Shown: positions 13,649-33,890, numbered from the stretch's first letter. The stretch: 64,000 nt of DNA from Tubulanus polymorphus (GCF_964204645.1 NC_134028.1:26966345-27030344); one strand, 5' to 3'. Notes: generated by a model not told the origin, from the sequence alone. Program-made: numbers and translations.

Positions 13649-14340
13649 AATGTTATAGGGAGATATATATATGTATATGTCGTATGCCTGGTGTATTCAG
13701 TATAGGCAATGTAACGGAAATTCAAACCGGAATGACAAATCCCTCGCAATGTAGAATAACATAAGAGTGACATGATTACGAATATAATCATATAATTACA
13801 AAATAACACGACATAAAAATCTCGGGAAAAAAGTATTTTTACAGCATATTCGTTACCACTAACCTAGTTAGGTTCGATGACATTCATGACATCGCCTACT
13901 TATTCAATGTTATTCTATAATCATATGTAATTTGTTATTCTATATGAAACACTATCATCATCATCAAATATATATATATATATATTACAAATGTATTACA
14001 TTTAAAAACTTAGCGTTTTTTTCTCAGAAAATTCCGTTCGATGGATCTTTGTAAATTAGATTTTGCATTCAATGCCATCGTATGGTATAATCTAACAAGC
14101 ACTTGGAAACAGACTGTTGAAGATGGTGAATTTGCCTGCTGCGAATTTTAGACTCTTGCACCATTTCCACTTATCGATATCTAGTTTCCATATCTAAAAA
14201 TCACTGTAAAGTATTAAGTGCTATGTAATTATGATATTTGGAACGTGGCCTAAATTATTGTGAATGGATACTGAAGATTGCGATGCGGTGCGTGTAGCAC
14301 CTCTTGAAAAACCTGCTCATTCGTGATTAAATCTTGAACG

Positions 14341-17300
14341 ATGGCGGCGAGGATGGTGTTTTACACGATGCTTATTATTCTAATGCTGGCGATATCAAAA
14401 GTTGCTGGTCAAAGTAAGTTATCAAACGCAGTTCTGGGTTCGGTTCCGCAGTTCTGAGTTAGACTTAAGAGTTAAGACAGATGGAAAATGAACTGATTGA
14501 TTCAGAATTATAACTTGGGAGTTTAACTCTAACTCACAACTCGTGAAATCAGATCCTGCAGTTGTTCAGTTCCTAACGATACGATTGTGAAGTTTTATCA
14601 CTGGAAATGGACTAACTTGATCACAAATCTTGTTGTCAAATTGGGTCGGTTTCAAAACCCAGTAGCTCGAGCCTCTGATCTAGTGAGACCAATGTGTTTA
14701 CTCTGCAGTATTTGAATTCTGGGACAGTTGTAGCAATGTTGGATCGTCATTACATGAATCGCAATTGAAACTTGTTCACATATATTACAATATTCCGATG
14801 ATGCAGTCTGCGTCGTGGCAAACGGAGTCAACTACATTTACTGCATCATAGAAATAATGGCTTTGATTTTGTCATAATTGTTTTTGTGGTACAGGTGAGA
14901 CTGGCTGGCAGACAGAACAGAAACTTGTTTCGAGAATATTTTCCAACGACGCTAAGAATGCGCTACTCTTTCGACCATACACGAAATATAACGTCCCAGT
15001 AGAAGTAAAAATTAATATGATGCTGCAGAACATTGTCGACGTGGTAAGTGATTGAAATTCCTGGGAAATATGTTTGGGTCCAATCTTGCTAATACGGTAC
15101 CTAACTACCAGCATAAATAACTTAAGACTTGGGACATCTATTCATAAACCATAAAAAGTTTCCGTCCAATGAGGGATACGTGTCTCATAACGAAACAACA
15201 TTGTAACCATCGATAAAACACTCCGAGTCCGTGTTGTGATAAAATCCGAATGAAAAAAAGAATACGAAATGTTTCCTTGAGCTGGTGTAGTTAGTTCAAC
15301 GTCTTGACTATATCCGAATAGGAATAGACCAATTCACGAACACATTACCGGACTCAACATTATGATCTTTAAAATGTGAGATTTTATATTAACAAGTTGC
15401 ACTTTATTGATTGTTTAGGATGAAGCGAAGTCAGCTATTACAGTCCACGCTTGGTTACAAATGGTAAGTAATTAATCAAAGATCGATGATGTTTTGTGAC
15501 ATAAATCGAGTTGATATATCGCGTTACTGTGTGTTTATAGTCGTGGAACGATTCTCGATTGATGTGGAATAAAGATGAATATTCGGATATGCAAGAAATT
15601 GCGATCCCGGCTTCAATGATTTGGACTCCAGACATCACGCATTACAACAGGTCTGTGATTTGTTAACTTTACAATTGAGAAAAAGAAGAATATCAAAATA
15701 TTTAAGATAATTTATTCGAGAACTCTGATAATCCGCGACGAGCACAGTTTTATTTTGCTCGGATATGATTACAGCCTACAGCCCGTTCCGACGAGTTTGG
15801 TCGGTGAATCTCAACTAACCGTGTTTTCTGATGGAGGTGTTAAATGGACTCCTTCTCTACACATGCAGTCGTCGTGTTTATTTCACATCTCATCATTTCC
15901 GTTCGATCAAACGAAATGCTCGTTTCAAGTTGGTAGTTGGGTTCATCACGGTCTCGCGGTAAGATACACTCGACTCCATACAATCATATATTCAACATTG
16001 TAAATACACTCCAAATTCAACACAGTTCAGAATATTTCAGAAACGACTATAAGACTTACATTTTAAATCCATCATTATCATCAATAAACTTATTCTCGTG
16101 TTGAATAAACCTCACCTTTTCAGCTAAGATATTTGTGTCATCGAAAATCTGGCCATTTTATAAACAAGTGTTCGCTGCACTACCTGGTATTTCAATGACC
16201 GATTCCTCTCTTCATTAAATGTTTCAGATAAATCTGACGACCACTTCACACGAAGTTGATACTTCCGACTTTAAAAGTCAACGGGAGTTCCAGATAACGA
16301 GCACGGCTGCCAATCGTAGACAATACGGCTTCGAGTTATCTACCGAAACTTATATCGACATCGATTTTAGCATCGTATTAAAGCGACGATCGTCGATACT
16401 TGGTCTGATTTATGTGGCCCCCGCTGTATGTCTGGGGTTTCTTATTCCTTTCATATTCCTCGCGAACAGGAAATCACAAACTTTCGGTAGGGAAATCACT
16501 AGAAACCTCTACACTATAAAATATACATGTAAATCACGTGAAAACATAAAATAATGGTGAAATGCCTTAGATGCCTTAGATTGTGTTAAATGACCACACT
16601 AACATTCAGTTTTCTTTTGCTTGGTGTAAACATTCTGACAGAATGATTACTCCAAGTTCATTGTAAGTACATATAAGTACACCAGACTTCAACAGATTTG
16701 TTCATAAAGTAACGATTTAAAATTCTAATTGCGCAATGATATGAATTAATGAATAAAGTAAACTTTGCTTGAGTCGGATCCGATCGATCATATCGAATAA
16801 CCGTTCAACTCGAATAACCGTTCAACTCGGATGCTTTTTAAAACATTTTTGAGATACTTTAGACGTTTATTAGCCAATCAGATATCTCTCAAGTCGGACA
16901 CATTTTACGGTCCGAGAAGATCCGACCTGAGCGGAAGCTTTTGTATATTCAAAGGAATATTCATTGAATAAGTCGTTAATTCACATTGTGTTTATTATTA
17001 TAAACTGATTTCAGGTGTTGGTTTACAAATCTGTATTTTGTTACTTCTATCAACATTGGTCGGTGTATTCCCGCCTTCAAACATCACTGAATCACCAGCA
17101 ATAGGTATCAAATACGAGCTTCTGAAAACGTAGTCATTTCAAGAAACCCATTATCTTGTGGCAACTGATATATTTTCAGAATAGTAAATTGAATCTATTG
17201 GACAGTTGCTACTACAATCAGTTCTCAATTAATTGAGATTTCCTGTTTTATCTTGAACTCTGTATAAATGTTCTCAATGTTTCAGTTGTTTACTACGCAT

Positions 17301-17690
17301 CGTGTTTTATCGTGGGGTCAGTTTGTTTGATATTGAAGTTTCTGTTGAGTATTCTATGCGACTCGGCGCTGCCTCTTCCACCGCCTTCTCTTATCGAGGT
17401 AAAATCATCGTTTTACAAAACTGCTGCGTTTATTTTCGATAACGATTTTGAAAATTCTTTTTTTCGCGCAGTGTTTCGGGAAATTGGGAAAATGCCTTTG
17501 CGTTAATCCGGAAGTCCAACGTAATGACGAACAGCCAATCATCGACAACCCAGGCGATGATGTCACGCCATCACGGACTGCTGGCGCCACCTGGTTCCCG
17601 CTAGTTGAAGTAATGGAGCGTATTTGTTTTATTCTGACCCTGACGCTGATGATAGTGTTGATGGTTGCTTACATTCCTGTTCCGAAATGA
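14341..17690 (+). CDS. Divergent nicotinic acetylcholine receptor-like subunit, non-alpha type; tandem paralogue of the upstream gene
   Basis: Exons ~14341-14413, 14895-15043, 15419-15463, 15541-15650, 15774-15958, 16228-16486, 17015-17104, 17286-17398, 17472-17690. Same intron positions as the paralogue. WTPDITHYN, Cys-loop CLFHISSFPFDQTKC, VGSWVH, and loop C RQYGFELSTETY without vicinal cysteines. Confidence 0.92.
14435..14557. mobile_element. Short MITE-like element of the ggatccagttccacagttg-terminus family
   Basis: ggttccgcagttctgagttagacttaa ... tttaactctaactcacaactcgtgaaatc form an imperfect inverted pair. Related to 63700-63841. Confidence 0.5.
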
Positions 17691-18254
17691 AACGAATTAA
17701 ATACACGATCATTAACTACATCTAAGCACAGCTGAATACTTGAGTAAACTAAATATTAACTCATTTCATTGTAAGCAAGGTTTTATTAATCGTATCAATA
17801 AATTCAGTTCAACCGGTCTGAGTTTATCTAAACTTCTGTAAAGTGGACCTGGATCCATCCAGAAAGTCAGTCCCGTTTAAGATAGCACTAACTGTGGAAT
17901 TGTACTACAAACAATAATCGTAAAATTGTGTTTATCTTTTCTCAGATGAATATATTACTATCCATAATCAAGTACAAATAAATGGTTTATTGTATATTCT
18001 ATTCTAAGTGTTTCCCATCAGTGTGTTTCCAAGGTTCCTGTAACTCTCTGAAGTTCGCACTGTTCCTTTCCTCCACCGCAGTTGTAGCATCTACAGTGAT
18101 TTATGATTGTACCAATTGCACTAAAGTAATTGTAAATTAAGGCATTCTTTCCGTGTTCTCTCCGATCGTCAATCTTTTCAACCATTACCCGCAGCCAGTT
18201 TCTGCTGCACTTACTATCATTTGCCCTAAATATTGAGCATCTGAAACCGGTCAA

Positions 18255-18790
18255 CATCACCACAACTGACTGGTCATCATCAACACAACTGACTGGTCAA
18301 CATCACCACAACTGACTGGTCAACATCACCACAACTGACTGGTCAACATCACCACAACTGACTGGTCATCATCAACACAACTGACTGGTCAACATCACCA
18401 CAACTGACCGTTCAATATCACCACAACTGACTGGTCAATATCACCACAACTGACTGGTCAATATCACCACAACTGACTGGTCAACATCACCACAACTGAC
18501 TGGTCAGCATCACCACAACTGACTGGTCATCATCAACACAACTGACTGGTCAACATCACCACAACTGACCGTTCAATATCAACACAACTGACTGGTCAAT
18601 ATCACCACAACTGACTGGTAAACATCACCACAACTGACTGGTCAACATCACCACTGGTCAACATCACCACAACTGACTGGTCAACATCACCACAACTGAC
18701 TGGTCAATATCACCACAACTGACTGGTCAACATCACAACTGACTGGTCAATATCACCACAACTGACTGCTCAACATCACCACAACACTGA
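18255..18790. repeat. 23-bp minisatellite, ~23 copies
   Basis: Unit caccacaactgactggtcaacat with minor variants. Confidence 0.95.
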
Positions 18791-19397
18791 CTAGTCATCA
18801 TTACCACAACTGAGGTTGTGGTCACCACAGCTAAACGGTCACCACACTGACCAAATAATCACACAAACTTCATCAGCCACAACAGTTCAGTGGTGCTCCT
18901 AGGTTTTTGTCATCTAGAACTTCTAGAATAAATAGAAATGCCCTTCGAGTCGCGAGGCTGCGCACGGGTATCGAAGTATCGAAATCTCGTGCTTTCATAT
19001 AAAACCATTAACCTACATGTAACTACCCCACACAAATAGTAATCTATTCCCGTATAAGACACTAAGAATTTCTCATACAATATTTACGAAAATCTACGTG
19101 CGACCTTGAATAAAATTCACCGGGTTGAACTTTCAATCACAGGCCATTAAGAATAGATAGATTTTTTACCTCGACTCTACACATAGTATTGTGCGTTTTA
19201 GGGAATTTTTATACACATTTCTTGTGCTTTCGAGCTATTTTTATAACCACGTTATCTATATCTGCCTATTTAGACTGGTTATTTATGACCTCACAATCCC
19301 AGGCCACTGTTTGCCCGGTTTAGAACGCGCACTTATTTTCTCTTTGCTACCATATTTTTTACTCATACACATCTGTTGGTAGTTCACGGTGATTGAA

Positions 19398-22300
19398 ATG
19401 GCGGATACTACGGGAAAGGTACGTTTTACATTCAACGAAAATCTTCTTTTTTTTTAAATTAGTCACGGCACAGTTACAGCTGTCCGCTGTCTTGTATTCG
19501 TGCATTTAGGGGGTTCGCATTTGGAACAGAAAATTGTTCACACCCTCTTGAAACGTTTCGCCGCTTCTTTTAGACGAGGATTTGTACAAAAGAGTAATAT
19601 ATAAAAGAGTGCTTGACGAAAACTAAGGCGCTCCCCCCTCCGAATGTGTCCCTGATAATACAATAATTTCTGATAAAACTGAACCGGTTATTTATATTAC
19701 AGCTGAATCGTTATCATGAAGAAATTAGTCACAAATTCCCAGGTTATTGGATATAAAAAAACTACTTGTAAAATGCAGTAAAACGCATCTAAAACTATTT
19801 TTCAAAATTTTCCCTGTATTAGTGACGAGGCATAATCCCACATGCTGTCGAGCGCCTGTGGTGCGAGGGGTATTCTTGAGGGGGTTTCCCAAACAATTTG
19901 AAAAAGACTCTGCTGTCTTCAGATTGGTCCAGTGTATCGCTTTATGTATCGATAGACAACCGGAGGAGATTTCAGGGAATTCATCGTTTGAAATTCGTCT
20001 CAGAATCGAGTGAAATATTGATATGTGCCATAAAGTTCATGTTTTACAAATTATAAAGTCTTATTCTTGTCTGTAAAACATTTGTTGATTTCACAAACAC
20101 ACGAAAGATGATTTGAATTCTAACGTAACGGTCTTGTCCCCTATGCGTCCATGCATTTTATGAAATCTACATGAATACAGGCTTTGTTATAGTCAGATAA
20201 CCTAGAATTAAAAGTGATATCATTCAATAGTTAGTTTTATCTATGAATCAGAATCGTTTCTATGCGATAAATACTAAATGTAGAAAAAGTAATCTGGTTT
20301 TTTTTTCGCTGCAGACTATTGAATGTAAGGCAGCCGTTCTGTGGGACTATAATCAACCATACAGTATCGAAACAGTACAGGTTGCTCCACCTAAAGCCGG
20401 TGAAGCGCGGGTCAAGGTAATTAAACATACCATTAACCTAATTAACGTTAGTTGCAGCTGATTTATATTTTTAAGATGTCCTATATGCGGATGAATAATT
20501 TCGCCAAGATACGTAACTACTGGTGATGTTTGCTTAAACACGCGTCGTGCTATTCACAATTTAAACACTCGATAGCTCTCCAACATTTTTGGAAAGCTGA
20601 TTTTAGATACAGTCATAACATGTTCAAGGCGCTATACGTGGTTCTTGTTTTGGTTTGGTTTGATTTTAAAGTTGAATGTGAATCACCACTTGCTACGAGA
20701 ACTAGTGCAAGAACAATCAGATTCTTTTCTAATTTCGCGTAAAAAGCTACTAATTTACCTTTTAGATTAAACGGAGCTTAGTCAGTTACTATAGTAATTG
20801 TATTTCCTAGCTAAAGATCGACCTGGTAGCCATAATGGCCTCGCACACGCCTAGGAAAACTGTAGGACTAGTAATTATTGAAAGAACCCGAACTTATAGT
20901 TCTTAGTTTCAAGTTAGGTTTTCTTTGCTTTTTTTTCATGCCTTTTTCTAGCTTATCGCGAGTGGTGTTTGCCATTCTGATGCTAGTGTACAGAACGGCA
21001 CTTGGTCGTCTATCGGTCCAGCTCCGATAATTCTCGGACACGAAGGCGCGGGTGTCGTTGAAAGTGTCGGGGAAGGCGTCACGTCTCTTGTCCCAGGTAA
21101 AAAACTATATGTTGAATTTTGTTAAATAAATTCAAGCGATGAACTAATATATAATTACAATCTTTCTAACCCAGAGAAGTTAATATTTTTCAAAAAACAA
21201 ATGATCAGTGTCTTGATTTTCAGGTGACCACGTGTTAACCTCATTCCTCGCTGAATGTAACCAATGCCCAGTTTGTGAAAATCCAAACGCGAATTTTGTC
21301 TGTCAAAAAATACAGTGAGTAAAATCTATCTATATATAATAGTAAATCTCTGAGCCACCACACAGATTAGCGGTCGATGTCTCCGCTATTCGTTTCAAGG
21401 GGTTCGAAAATTAATTTGTAAATCTTGAAATAACAACTACTTGATTATTTGGAAACGGGTCGCAAGCATAGTTTGCAAGAAATGAATTTTAAGCGCACAT
21501 GACTAGGGCTACACGAGGCGATTGTAAGACTGACGCAGCTAACTGTGTATGTGTTACAGCGCAGTTTGTAAACATTATATCAGTACTGCCAAGGTTACCA
21601 GAAGAACTAGAGTAAGGCTGGAAATGGGTTGTAACTTAAGAGATTATGTTTGAAGTTGTCTTTCAGACCAATTCCGATCAATTCGTTTACGGAAATAGAT
21701 CAGTCATAAACGAATGAACGAATAGTAGAGAATTAAATAGAGGCAACTTTGATGCTGGTATCAATCTGCGTAACTTGCACCCATGAGGTTCAAATGGTAC
21801 ATGCTTGATAATGTTGATACATTGCAGGACAACGTTTAACCAAGCTGTCCTCGTAGACGGAACAACAAGAATCAAATGTAAAGGCAAAGACATCCGTTCG
21901 TTCACTGGAACTAGTACATTCAGTGAATATGCCGTCGTTCCCGAAATCAAACTCGCAAAGGTCTTTACAATAAATTACCTGTCAGCGAAATAAATGAAAT
22001 ATATATCGATAAGAATAAGGAAAAGAATTCAGTACTTCCGAAGATAACTATTAGAATATAGTCGAAACCTCGAATGAATATATTTATTAGCTCGGGCACG
22101 GAAGTACATCCCTGGCTCGAGGGCGCATTTTGGACTCTTTAAGACAACATGTCATTGAGAAGGCTCTTCATTGTAAAAATTTCAGATAAACCCCGAGGCT
22201 CCACTGGATAAAGTGGTTTTGTTAAGTTGTGGAGTCGGTACTGGTTACGGCGCTGCCCGTAAAACCGCCAACGTTCAAGCAGGTTCTACATGTGCTGTGT

Positions 22301-23816
22301 GGGGTTTAGGAGCTATCGGTATGGCCTGTGTACTAGGCTGTAAACACGCCGGAGCTGCCAAGATTTACGCCGTTGACATCAATCCGGATAAGGAAAAGAA
22401 AGGTATAAACACAAACGTGACGCCTTTAGAGGCATACAGAGTAACCTGCAACCGCACGGGAACGATTTGGTACAGATCAGGCCCGAGTCAAATTTGACCC
22501 GTTCCTTATTGGAGAACGCGTTCATGCGTAAACCACTAGACAAAATGAAATAAGTAACTTCCGGAACCAGTTGCAATTCGCACGCAATAATTTGACCCGT
22601 TCAAGAAATTTGGCTCAGGCCAGATTTAACCCGGGTCAAACATACATGGGCCAAATTGGCACCCAAATCTGGCTCTGACCAAAACGCTTGTGAGATCGGG
22701 GCTATAGTTCTCAGTACTGGAGACTTGCTGCTGCCACAACAACAAAAGGAAATCGAGGGAATTATAAACTTCAAGGGTCCTTCAATGTATGTAAATCACT
22801 TATTGAGTTTGTAGCGATGCCATGTCGAAAAAGCACGATGCTGCCAATGCCTTTATATTTACAATTATTGTTGTGTTTCGTTTTAGACTAATATTTTACT
22901 ATAAACAGCAGTATATAATTGTATTTCTCAGCGCGCGCAGTCGGTGCTACTGACTTCATCAATCCTAAAGATCACGAGAAACCGATACAAGAGGTTCTGC
23001 AGGGATTAACAAACGGCGGATGTCACTATACATTCGAGTGCGCAGGCGCCGTTGTCACTGCCGTAAGATACGTGGAATTAATATGTTCAATTTATCGCAA
23101 AAAAGAAATTAATATAATCTTAAGTTGTTGATCGAATTTTATTTTCAGCAAGCAGCTTTAGAAGCGAGTCATCCTAGTTGGGGTAAATCTGTTTTGGTCG
23201 GTATGGCTCCTCAGGATAAGACTCTATCGGTCAGTCCGTTTACCTTACTGAGCGGCCGAACCTGGATGGGAAGTTTTTATGGAAGTAAGCCAACAAAATA
23301 TTCAAATACCGTTCGGCAATTCATTTGAATGTTGAATTATTTTCATAATCAAGACTTCTATTAGTTTAGCATAAGTTCGGAATTGTTATAACTGAAATAT
23401 CAAAATGAGAATCTGATATCTGTCTATCGCAGGCTACAAACCTAGAACTGATATTCCTAAACTGGTGGATGAATACATGAAAGGCGATTTTCCACTGGAC
23501 GAGTTCATCACACATAGAATGCCTCTAGATAAAATCAACGAAGCTTTCGATTTTCTCATGACCGGTAAAAGGTACTGAACTATTCAATCCGACGTATGTG
23601 AAAATAAATAGTTATTTGATAGAAGTTCTAGACGCACCGCGATGTACTAACCTTAACCGTTCTGTACGATAGTAAACAATGTTTTTAACATTTACCCTTT
23701 GTTCTATTTCTTGGAGGTTGAATTACCGTCTTATATGAAACCCTGGAGATGTATCTATTGTTATTCTGTTGTTTTGTTTCAGTATTCGAACTGTGCTCGA
23801 GATCGGAAAACTGTGA
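19398..23816 (+). CDS. Zinc-dependent medium-chain alcohol dehydrogenase, class-III-derived, copy A
   Basis: Ten exons: ~19398-19418, 20315-20416, 20952-21096, 21224-21314, 21828-21960, 22186-22402, 22931-23062, 23148-23284, 23432-23571, 23783-23816. [27 protein letters not shown], structural Zn cysteines CNQCPVC...[22 protein letters not shown]; ends [11 protein letters not shown]. Confidence 0.93.
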
Positions 23817-24173
23817 AAGTGTTGAATATCGATCACAACCATTGCAAAGTGTTTGTTTGTCAATTTCGACTGATACAACACAAATCACGAAACGTTTCAT
23901 CTGGTTTTACACACTGCATACTGATGGATTCGAAAGATCCGTTTGATATTGGGAAAATAAAGTACATCAATGATTTAATACACGCGATTAATAGCATTTT
24001 TGTATCTGAATAGTTTGATTTTATTTCCTCTTGAGAAATCTTCTTGAAAAATACAGAAACCAGGAATGTATTGAAAGCAAGTAGTTCTCATTCCCAGGGT
24101 AAAATTGATAGCAAAAATGCCCGACTTAATTTTTTCCAAAATACCTGTTGAATTGATGTATGATTTCCCTGGC

Positions 24174-24181
24174 TATAAATA
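24174..24181 (+). promoter_or_regulatory. Candidate TATA box of ADH copy B
   Basis: ctataaataag lies ~75 bp upstream of the ATG at 24251. Confidence 0.4.
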
Positions 24182-24250
24182 AGATACTGGTAAGTTCAAC
24201 AACGCGCATTTTCCACCTAGACATCTTCGGATACTTCCTACATCACCGGC

Positions 24251-26660
<2,410 letters not shown>

Positions 26661-28235
26661 AACCTACCGGTCCCAGACGGCGTCGAATTCATCTCTGTCC
26701 ATAACAGATGATCTACACAAGAGCTTTTTTCTCTACTTCATTTTGTTAGAATGGTTATTGTAGAACAGAATAGTTATCAAACTTGAGTTCAGTTGATTTC
26801 ACTGATGTCAGGTATAGACTGTATTGCATATAGTTCTTAGATATCTAAACCAATAAAGTTTAAAAGTAGATTAAGTTCAGTAAAGTTTTTGACACTTAGA
26901 TTTATACAGGACATCGTGGATTCCAATCAGTCTCGCGTCAGTGACTGCCAGGTGGTCCCGCTTTTTGCGTCTCTCCTCAGTCTCTGAATAAATGAATGCT
27001 TGAGATGCAGCAGGTTGGTGCAGTGACGGTGAATTGAACTGTAGCTCGATACCGTTAAATAAGTTAAAAGATTGTTTGGTGATTTTATCGATTATCACAT
27101 CCTGCAATGGACCTGTCAATTTCAACATTGTAAAACTCATTGGAATGACTGGGATATTCGGTTCCGCTGCAAATAAAGTTCGCCCATGTGTTTGAAATTT
27201 ACCATTAGCTGTTTCATGGAGGAGGATGTTGTAAGTGGTTTATTTTATTACTTCAAATCGTGAATTACATTCAGTGACAATAGGGGACATGAATAATTTA
27301 TAATTCACGCGTGAAATTCATGAAAATTGTTATTTTAAACCTGATAAAATCATGCATCAACCAAACAATGACAGTCGAGTGTGTATGAACCTAACTCGCC
27401 AGATGACAATAAACCATGATTCGATCTAATCAAATGACATCCGATTCCTGTCGTCCCGTTCGATCAGTTGTTCGCTGGCAAATTCATGATTCTCCGACAA
27501 TTTATCAAGAGATTCACGAAATCACGCTGATTTCTTGTCAAACACAAAATTACGCGTGAAATTCGTCGAATTAACGGTTCACAAAAAGTCTATTGTCCCC
27601 GTGGTCCCGGTTACTTAGTGATGAACTATGAGTTTTCAATGTTTTGTCTCTTGAGTCAAATTTAAGTGAGAATTGTCGAACTGGATCCTGTATTTTGTTA
27701 AGTTGCAGCAGATCTGACAGGTGAATGTCCTAATTTAATACAAACGACGTCGTGGTAACTATACCGATGTTTGTCTGTTTTCGTTCCAGTATTCGAATTT
27801 AGGATGAGAAAACTGAAAACTAGAATTGTTTATCTTCGATATTTTACTTCCCGTCCTGGAGTCATTTGACACACAGGAAACCAATATATCTGATACAAAT
27901 ATAATAAACTATATTCAATAATTGGATAATAAATGTTTTATTTATGATATTGTTTTATCTCGTATGATGGTACCCGCTTCCAGGGCACCCCCACCCCTAT
28001 TTGTCCTAACAAGTAATTCGATTTATTCATGATTGAGGATATTGAACGCGAACCAGCAGATAGATTGAAAGACGATGTGACCGATATATTTTTTATTCCG
28101 AGCACTAATGATTATTTTTAGTTTGATTTATGGTTTACCGGCAAACTATTAATAAGCTTGATAAGTCTCGCAACAAACATTTCTAGCCCTGACATCGACG
28201 ATTGTTGTGCATGCTTTAATACACCAAACACCAGG

Positions 28236-31745
<3,510 letters not shown>

Positions 31746-32279
31746 AACACAACGAACAACACGAGGCGAAATCCAGCTCTGATTCTGATTATAAAGACGT
31801 GCTTCACATATTCGAGAAATTCATTTATATTTCAAACAAAGAAACGTTTTCAAAGCCGTAATTTTGTGATATTTAATTAATGTCGTGTTAAACTTACCGT
31901 AACCTCTATTTCAACATATCTGAACCGATTCATTTACACAAAATACATTTATCTAGTATCATGATATACGCATTGTATATTTACAATTCCTCATCAATAA
32001 AAAGTAAGTTATTACACAGATTAATATTTTTATTCAAATCTTGGTGTCTTGGAACATTTTGGGCTTTACTGTCTACACTTCAATAGCGGCCACTACCAAC
32101 AATAGTGCTGGGCCAGTTGTTCATCAGTCGGAAAGCGGCCCAGCGTCATTGTTGGTAGTTTTGAGACTGGTTTTACTATATCAATCCATGTAGGTCCTAA
32201 ACTCAGAGATACTATCAAGACTTCTTAAAGAAGTGGTCAACCGACCGATCAGGGATGTTCTTGGAGATTCATGATCTAT

Positions 32280-32623
32280 CTAATTAAAACTAGTCTCAAG
32301 ATGTTCATTAGATTTTATCACTGGATTGGTGTGGCATCTGATGCACCTGCCTTGGCTGCAGGCCTGTGTTATATGATGATCATGTATTGATTGGCCTTGT
32401 GCTTTTGTACAATAACAACCGCTTAAAAATTCTCCTTCAGTCATCGACAAATCTATATCTTCACCGTACATAACTTCAACGAAAACGTTCCTCGACACGT
32501 ACAAGCGACCTCTATCGGAATTCCAGCGCGTAAAGGGATTATTACGGATGTCAATTTTGACGAGAGCAGCCGAACATAAACGATCGTTTTCGCTTCCAGC
32601 TTTAGTCAGAACGAGCGTCACCC
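32280..32623 (-). pseudogene. 3' fragment duplicate of the PHYHIP-like gene
   Basis: 32369-32623 is near-identical to 41436-41692 (VTLVLTKAGSENDRLC...VFVEVMYGEDIDL...HDHHI). Homology stops abruptly at 32623 and there is no N-terminal part. Confidence 0.8.
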
Positions 32624-32974
32624 TAGCTACGTGCGATTGGATACTCTACTGAGGGAAGCGAGGATTCAGCGATAATCCACCAGGATCGCTAGTGGCACTG
32701 GGTAACCGTACTTCAACTTCTAAAATCAAAATAACTTGAGGCCTTCAAGAATACGATTTCATTAGTCAAGAATATCTAACTAAACACATATGGCACGTGA
32801 TCATCGCCGTTCATATTTATTCAATTTCGTCATATTTTTGTTTACAGTAAATCATTGATGGAAAACGTTTGTTTAATAACTTTGTCAAATTGTGCGTTGA
32901 ATTATTAACGAAAACTTTAAAGATGTTTCTCAAATTGTGACGATATCGTTTCTGTATACGGATTGTTATAGACA

Positions 32975-33859
32975 TTATCCTGTCATAGTTATTATCCTAT
33001 ATGGTGGAGGCGTGGCCGTCGGGTCACACGTAGCTGCTTCGGCAAAATGCGTTTCATTGAAACTAGCGAAATCCGCGCTGTTAAACACGGACGTGTAATT
33101 ACCAGATGATTCGCAGATTGATCTGAACGTGTTGCAACAATCGGGATACAGAGTAGATGACATACCGAAATAACAGGTGTCGTTCAACATGTTTTTGTAC
33201 TCACACGGGAATACCGTCATTCTCATTGTGCCACACCTGCAAAAAATGAGTAAATTCGAGACATCTATATAGACACACCGGACAAAACACTTTGATTGAA
33301 AATGAACTATTAAACAATTACAGCCATTGAATATTTTGCCAACGCACTTCTAAACTTAAAAACTTATCGTCCACCGGGATTCCATGTTATACATTCAACT
33401 AATTAACCTACAAACGCCGGATATCTTATCGACGAATTCATATCCTACACTTCACGAAACATCGGCGGAGGCATTTTTAGTTAAAATGCGACTATTAAAA
33501 TTGAAAATGAACTACAAACACCATCAGCACACTGTTTCAAATAGTTATCCCGGTCCATCCATACAATGGAAGTTATATAGATTTGTAGAGGAGTATACGC
33601 AAGGTTAGCTGGTTGTTACTCGAATCAAACTGTTCGTTTCAGTAAATCGATTTATGGGTCAAAATGAAAACGACACAAAAATATGCTTCAAAAGTAAATT
33701 TTGTCGTGGTTTGACTAATATTGATATTTTTAGGTTCACGCGTATGAATCAAGTTCCAAGCTGATCGAAATGGACTCCTTAAAACTTGTTTGACAATTAA
33801 TCACACCATCTGGTAGCTGAAAGCTGCAATAACATCTCCTCCTCAGCAGCAGCAGCAGC

Positions 33860-33890
<31 letters not shown>

